From: Lytechinus pictus
Taxonomy: Eukaryota
Assembly (NCBI RefSeq): GCF_037042905.1
Contig: NC_087251.1
Coordinates: 14,138,001-14,202,000 of the forward strand
Direction: 5' to 3'
DNA: 64,000 bases
Positions 59,001 to 64,000 of the stretch are shown here, piece after piece. Made by a program: the position numbers and the translations under genes. The notes below the pieces were generated by a model. It did not search any database. It saw nothing but the letters and a program-made list of their open reading frames with translations, and was not told the origin of the DNA. Within the stretch, counting starts at the first letter, position 1, and each line of letters begins with the position of its first letter.

Positions 59001-61987
59001 TTTTGATTTGATTTTGATTTTGCCTCCGACGAAGATTCTGCTAGGATCGAAAGCTTAGGCCCCTTTTTGACTTTCTTTTTTATATTTTGACATGGAACTT
59101 GTTTAGATTTAATAACCATATCATATCGCATATCATCACCATGACGATATGGTTATTAAATCTAAATGGCACTTCAATTCTTTCGTATTTCATTATCTTG
59201 TTTGGTGATTAAAAAAATATTCATACAACCTTGGTATATTATATTTTTTTATTTTAGTCCACCGAACCGTTATTGTTCTGTTTTTTTTTTTTTTTACAAT
59301 ATCCCTTTACAAGACAAGTGTACACGACATGATCATCTGTACTACGTGAATTACACTACATCTAAAGTCGTTTGACTTGCATTAATCACTGAATTAATTG
59401 TACGAATCCAATTAAGTCATGTTCTAATTATGACTTCACCTATGTCAGAAAAAATTCTGGTTTCGTATCAAGGAGCATGGCCATACGCAGTGAGAGGTGG
59501 GGCAGGGGTGCAGTTGACCCCCCCCCCCCACCCCTTCCCTAAATTTTAAAAGCCAACTTTTTTTTACTGAAGATTTTCAGTGAATTCACCAAAAGTGTAT
59601 ACACAATCCTTCAATTTCACGTTTCTAAGTGCAAGAGCGCCCCAATCCAATGACAAGCTCGGTTGCTTCGCTCCCTCGCTTTTGAGTTTCTTTAAAAAAT
59701 CGTCCTGCCCCCTTTCCCCACCGAAAATATAACTTAAAGCTTTTAAAATCTATCTTAATTTAAATAAAACACACTTACGATCAACAACATGCTATCGATC
59801 CACTGCCCGGTGAGTCTAACGTCCCACTCTCCAACCCAGCGATCAGTCGTCTCTGGAAGTGGTGTTACAGCCTTATTGGTGAGCACAAAAGGAACACAGA
59901 ACCACTGAAATAAAACAGTAAATGTCACCTGTCAGGATTCGAATGCTCAATCGATTTCATTCTTATCAACAAATCTTTCCAAAGAATGTTTTGAGAATAA
60001 CATTGAGGTAATATTTGAAAGAACGGATAATGGCTCTTTGTATCATCAATTCCTAATTAGTTCATAAGTTCATAAAAATTTATTTCCACATTCGTAAACA
60101 TAAAAAGATGTCAAAGACACCAGTACATAGAAAACTTACATAATGCATCAGAATACAAAGCAGAAAAATGAACAAAACAAAAAATAGTAATATGTCTAGA
60201 ATGTGGGGTAGCAACAAAGGTCAAATACCTATCGAGGTTGCTCCCAGGGTCATATGGTAAAAAAAAAGATAGATATAAACAAAGACAAAAACAAAAATAA
60301 AAACAATCACAAAAAAATATAACTAATAATCACTAATAATTAGTATTAACACTTCAAAAAATGCAGTTGGGTTGTAAAAGACATCATGTTATTGCTGTAT
60401 GTAATTTGGATTTAAGACAAAAATAGTGACAAGATGGTTATTGCAAAAAAATAATTCATCAGTAAGGGGCTATTCTATCGGAAACCTGCTTAAATTTTAG
60501 AGGACGGGTATCACTGTCTAGTAAAAAATAATACCCGAAACAATAATCATGTTAGTACTCTTAATTCAATAATTTTTGTTCCTCATGACTTACCCCCCCC
60601 CCTCAGGGGGGGGGGGGGGACTTGCACTGACGATTGGATACCATGCGCGATCAACAACAAAAAAAACCCCGTAAAATTGATATCTTTTTCAAGGGCACGT
60701 TACGTACGTTACGTAATATGGGTGTCAAATACAATAAATGATGAAAAAGGGGTATCTATTTCGCTCGGAAAGCTACGTGTTTACGGTCAAATTTGCGAGG
60801 GTATAAAACAGACTATAATGTTTTACAAAAGATGTACTTTTTGCCCCAACAGTCAACACTACGTGTTTAGAGTCCGATTTGCGCGAGGTGTGGGAGGTGG
60901 GGCCGTATAGGTAAAGGTAAAAGCGACGACCGAAGTCCGTGACATATAACAGTCGAAATATCGCTGTACTTGTTTAGGGGTTCAATTCAGAGAATACTTG
61001 CCAAGGCCAGTGTATCGTTCTGCTTCCAATATATCTACTTGGTAAGGGTAGGGTTTTACACGCCAATACTTGTTAAGGGTTCCCTTTTCAGAATATGGAA
61101 ATTACTCGTTTAGGGTGCTCTTCGAGACCCCATGGTCGCGCATGGTATCCACTCGTTAAAGGGGAATCCAACCCAGATGAAAACTTGCTTTTATAAGGAA
61201 AAGAAAAATCAGACAAGTTGATAGGTGAAAGTTTGAACAATATTGGACAAACAAAAAGAAAGTTGTGAATTTTTAAAAGTTGTAAATATTGGTAATCACT
61301 ATACCCATGGAGACTTCAAATTGGCCCATATGGGATGTCATAGTCAGAGGCGTCGATCCTGGGGGGGGGGGGGGGCAGGGGGTGCGATCGCCCCACCAAT
61401 GAAAATATTGGGGGGGGGGCAAACATATCGTTTTGCCCCCCCCCCCCCCAATAATTCCGGATGTGCAAAAATAAAATAAGATTGTAATGTTCAGCAAGCG
61501 AGATTGAGATACACAACTCGTTCTTTATTTCAAATCGTTCTCAAAATGTCCGCTTTTCAGATTGGAATATAAAAATTTTCAGCTCGCGCTTCGCACTCGC
61601 ATCATTTCTGTAGCAAAAACCCATACTTTTCATGATTAAATAGGTGAATAGAATGTCCCGTTTTCAGTGCTAAACCTCAAAAGGAACTCCCGCTTCGCTT
61701 TGCAATAATCTTTGTTGGATATATAGCTTGTTCTTTATCAAAAACGTCCATTAACTGTCAATTTTTTTCAGATCGAAATATCAACATTTTCAGCTCGCGC
61801 TTCCAATCTTAATCATTGGTACCAATAATGCTTAGAATATCAAGCTTTCAGGTCAGAATATAAAGAAATTTTAGTCCTAAACAGGTACCCTTTTCCTGTT
61901 TTAAGCTCAGTATACTAAAAAAATTCAGCTCGCGCTTCGCGCTCGCATTCATTTGTTGGTAAGATACGTGTCGGTATCTCATAAGTC

Positions 61988-62019
<32 letters not shown>

Positions 62020-63994
62020 GCTTGTGTGTGTGCGTGGGTGAGGTTGTTTGTTTTGTATGATCGAGCGCCTTTGGAACGTTGATTTATGATTTTGCCCCCC
62101 CCCCCCAATCTGAAAAATGGATCGACGCCCCTGGTCATAGTGATGTAAGGCAAGGACCACCCTTTACTCCAATACATATTATGGCTAAAATGTCATTTTC
62201 CCCCAAAGTTTTATTTATTTTTTTTTTTCATGAGGACATAAAACAATATACTACCTGGGTTATATTTAGATTACTGCCCCAGGGGAATGGGTACTTAGGA
62301 GAAAACCACAAATCCTTGATAATAAAGTACATGGCCTAAGGGAAAGTTGTCCTTGCCCCTTGTCATAATTTACTTACCCAGTTGCCAATTTGAAATCTAC
62401 ATAGTATTAGTGATCTCAATTTTGGCAGTTGTAACTTTCTTATTGCTTGTCCGATTTCTTTCAAACTTTCACCATTCTCTTTAATTTATTTTTCTCCTTC
62501 CCAACACAACATTTTATGGCCAAGGCTGGATTCCCCTTTAATAGAAGTGCCCCCCCCCCCCGGGGACTTACCAAACCGATGAATATGCAAGCTAGTTGGA
62601 CGATATCAGTGTAAGCCACAGAAAATAGACCACCAAATAGGGTATAAGAAACAGCAATACAAGCCGAGATGATGACTGAAAGGTTCTGATCTAGCTCCAA
62701 AATGACACTTATCGTTGATCCTAAATCACAAGTTAAGATTATTTGTATATTAATTTCGTTGCTGTTTGGTGGTTGGCTTGATTTTAATTTAGAATAGATG
62801 ACGGTAGCAGTCCCTTCAAACATACTGTATATGTTACGGAACGCCCTCTATGACGAAATGATTAGAGTGCATCAAAAAAAATATTATTATAGTACATAAA
62901 TTGTCCCTACTAGTACTAGTAATAAACAAGCCTGCAACATGAGAAAAATATTAGAATAATAATACTTAACTATCACTAAAAGACAGAGATGTATTAATGA
63001 TGGGGTGTAGTTATACGATTATTCATATCGATGTACATTGCTGAAATATTGCAAAAATATTTAAAATTGATAAAAAAATAAAAAAAGAAAAGAGGGTACC
63101 CCTACCCTGTCCCTTCTACTCAAGAGTTAACTTTGGCGATACACATTTGACATTGTTGAAGGTCTGAATATAGGGCTGGAAAGCCTGGAATTCAATACTT
63201 TAATGTATCGTCACTTAAAACAAAAGTTTAGAATTACAACCATTCATTGGTGATAGTCCTGTGTAGATATTTGCTGGTTGAAATAAAATATCATTTACTA
63301 AGTGTCAATGTCTTGACCTTCCATTAAATCTATTAAAACGCATGCACTTTGTCACGTAGAAACTAGATATCTTTTTCTTTGTTCACGTGTGTTGTGGCAA
63401 TATAGAGGCCAAGATTATCGGCACAAATTGACCTTTCATGTAAAATAAAGTTTGGCAAAAGAAAAGAAAAGAAGTAAATGGCGAATCGGAAGAAACAGTA
63501 TCATTTATATTTATGTTCTATCCATAGAACGCTCTAGTTTTCTTTGTTCATGTAAGGGGCGACACGAGGGTTTTTCTTTTTTGGGGGTGGGGGAGGGCAA
63601 GGTGGTGTCCGCCTCTACCGATTTCAAGCAAGTTGTAAATGGGAAAGAATAGGAGGAAAGGAGAAAATGGGAGAAACTGTATCGAGTAAAAAAAATATCA
63701 ATTGGTCGGGTAAAGTAAATATAACACAGTCCTACTCCTATTTCTTAATAAAAAATGAGTTAAACAAATTATTGATGCACTTTAAAAAAATCTCGGCCCC
63801 GCCCCTATACACCCTTGTTCAGCATTGCCAGTACCCACCTAAAGCAGCCAATATAGCGGCACACCATAGCAGTTCACCAGTGATGGCAGCAAGAAAGAGG
63901 AGTCCTCCCATACGATTTCCATACTTCTCTTGAAATGGATCAATCATTGTAACGTATTTCGCTGCTCGCATCTGTTTTGCGAAGAAAAGCCCAT
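55571..63994 (-). CDS. SLC5A7: High-affinity choline transporter 1-like (SLC5A7/CHT1, sodium:solute symporter), last 6 coding exons; 5' part outside window
   Basis: complement(join 63994-63839, 62720-62572, 59904-59779, 57923-57770, 56990-56773, 56089-55571), GT-AG and in phase. Motifs [86 protein letters not shown] match CHT1. Confidence 0.93.
56773..56990 (-). CDS. SLC5A7: SLC5A7-like exon (DWTMT...NIIRPS)
   Basis: atatag|...TCG|gtatgc, 218 nt. Confidence 0.92.
57770..57923 (-). CDS. SLC5A7: SLC5A7-like exon ([13 protein letters not shown]...GAST)
   Basis: attcag|...G|gtcagt, 154 nt. Confidence 0.92.
58146..58683. mobile_element. Partial Kolobok-like MITE related to 32139-32729
   Basis: shared atataactgttttcacaaaata/gatgaaattttca motifs; end ggaccatccct|TTAA. 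Confidence 0.6.
59779..59904 (-). CDS. SLC5A7: SLC5A7-like exon (WFCVPF...WIDSMLLI)
   Basis: tttcag|...ATC|gtaagt, 126 nt. Confidence 0.92.
61160..62537. mobile_element. Kolobok-like MITE (middle tier)
   Basis: TTAA|aggggaatcca ... tggattcccct|TTAA. Confidence 0.82.
61345..62133. mobile_element. hAT-type MITE (inner tier)
   Basis: cagaggcgtcgatcc / ggatcgacgcccctg with exact 8-bp TSD GTCATAGT. Confidence 0.88.
62572..62720 (-). CDS. SLC5A7: SLC5A7-like exon (GSTISVIL...CIFIGL)
   Basis: atttag|...TTG|gtaagt, 149 nt. Confidence 0.92.
63839..63994 (-). CDS. SLC5A7: SLC5A7-like exon (GLFFAKQMR...ILAAL)
   Basis: atacag|...G|gtgggt, 156 nt. Confidence 0.92.
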
Positions 63995-64000
63995 CTGTAT

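Larger units (their letters stand above)
60594..62565. mobile_element. Outer TIR element (CCC..GGG termini) of a three-tier nest
   Basis: inverted arms gggacttgcactgacgattggataccatgcgcga / tcgcgcatggtatccactcgttaa..tagaagtgcccc; flanked by direct repeat acttac. Confidence 0.7.

Overview
AT-rich, intron-rich, repeat-dense eukaryotic DNA. The repeat families and poly-G/C tracts look sea-urchin-like; this is inference, not verified. Three spliced protein-coding genes can be built with GT-AG junctions and consistent reading phase: (1) the C-terminal 7 coding exons of Sec23 (+, 24313-34995); (2) a complete 11-exon, 361-aa signal-peptide protein of the bacterial-type carbohydrate-binding family 9-like (CBM9-like) family (-, 51513-41999); (3) the last 6 coding exons of an SLC5A7/CHT1-like choline transporter (-, 63994-55571). 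Introns carry many non-autonomous DNA transposons (several nested), Helentron-type elements, SINEs and LINE fragments. The main unexplained signal is that 1-18.75 kb, inside a >24 kb Sec23 intron with no recognisable exon, is packed with long imperfect stems whose non-Watson-Crick pairs are mostly G-U on the + strand, and ends in a UGUA-rich AATAAA signal. The Sec23 3' UTR (35-38.4 kb) and a rod near 40 kb show the same architecture. This suggests a giant structured terminal exon or nested RNA, possibly from an alternative (duplicated) Sec23 3' half upstream. A Penelope-type minimal hammerhead motif lies in the Sec23 3' UTR. All structure calls were made by eye and need folding statistics.
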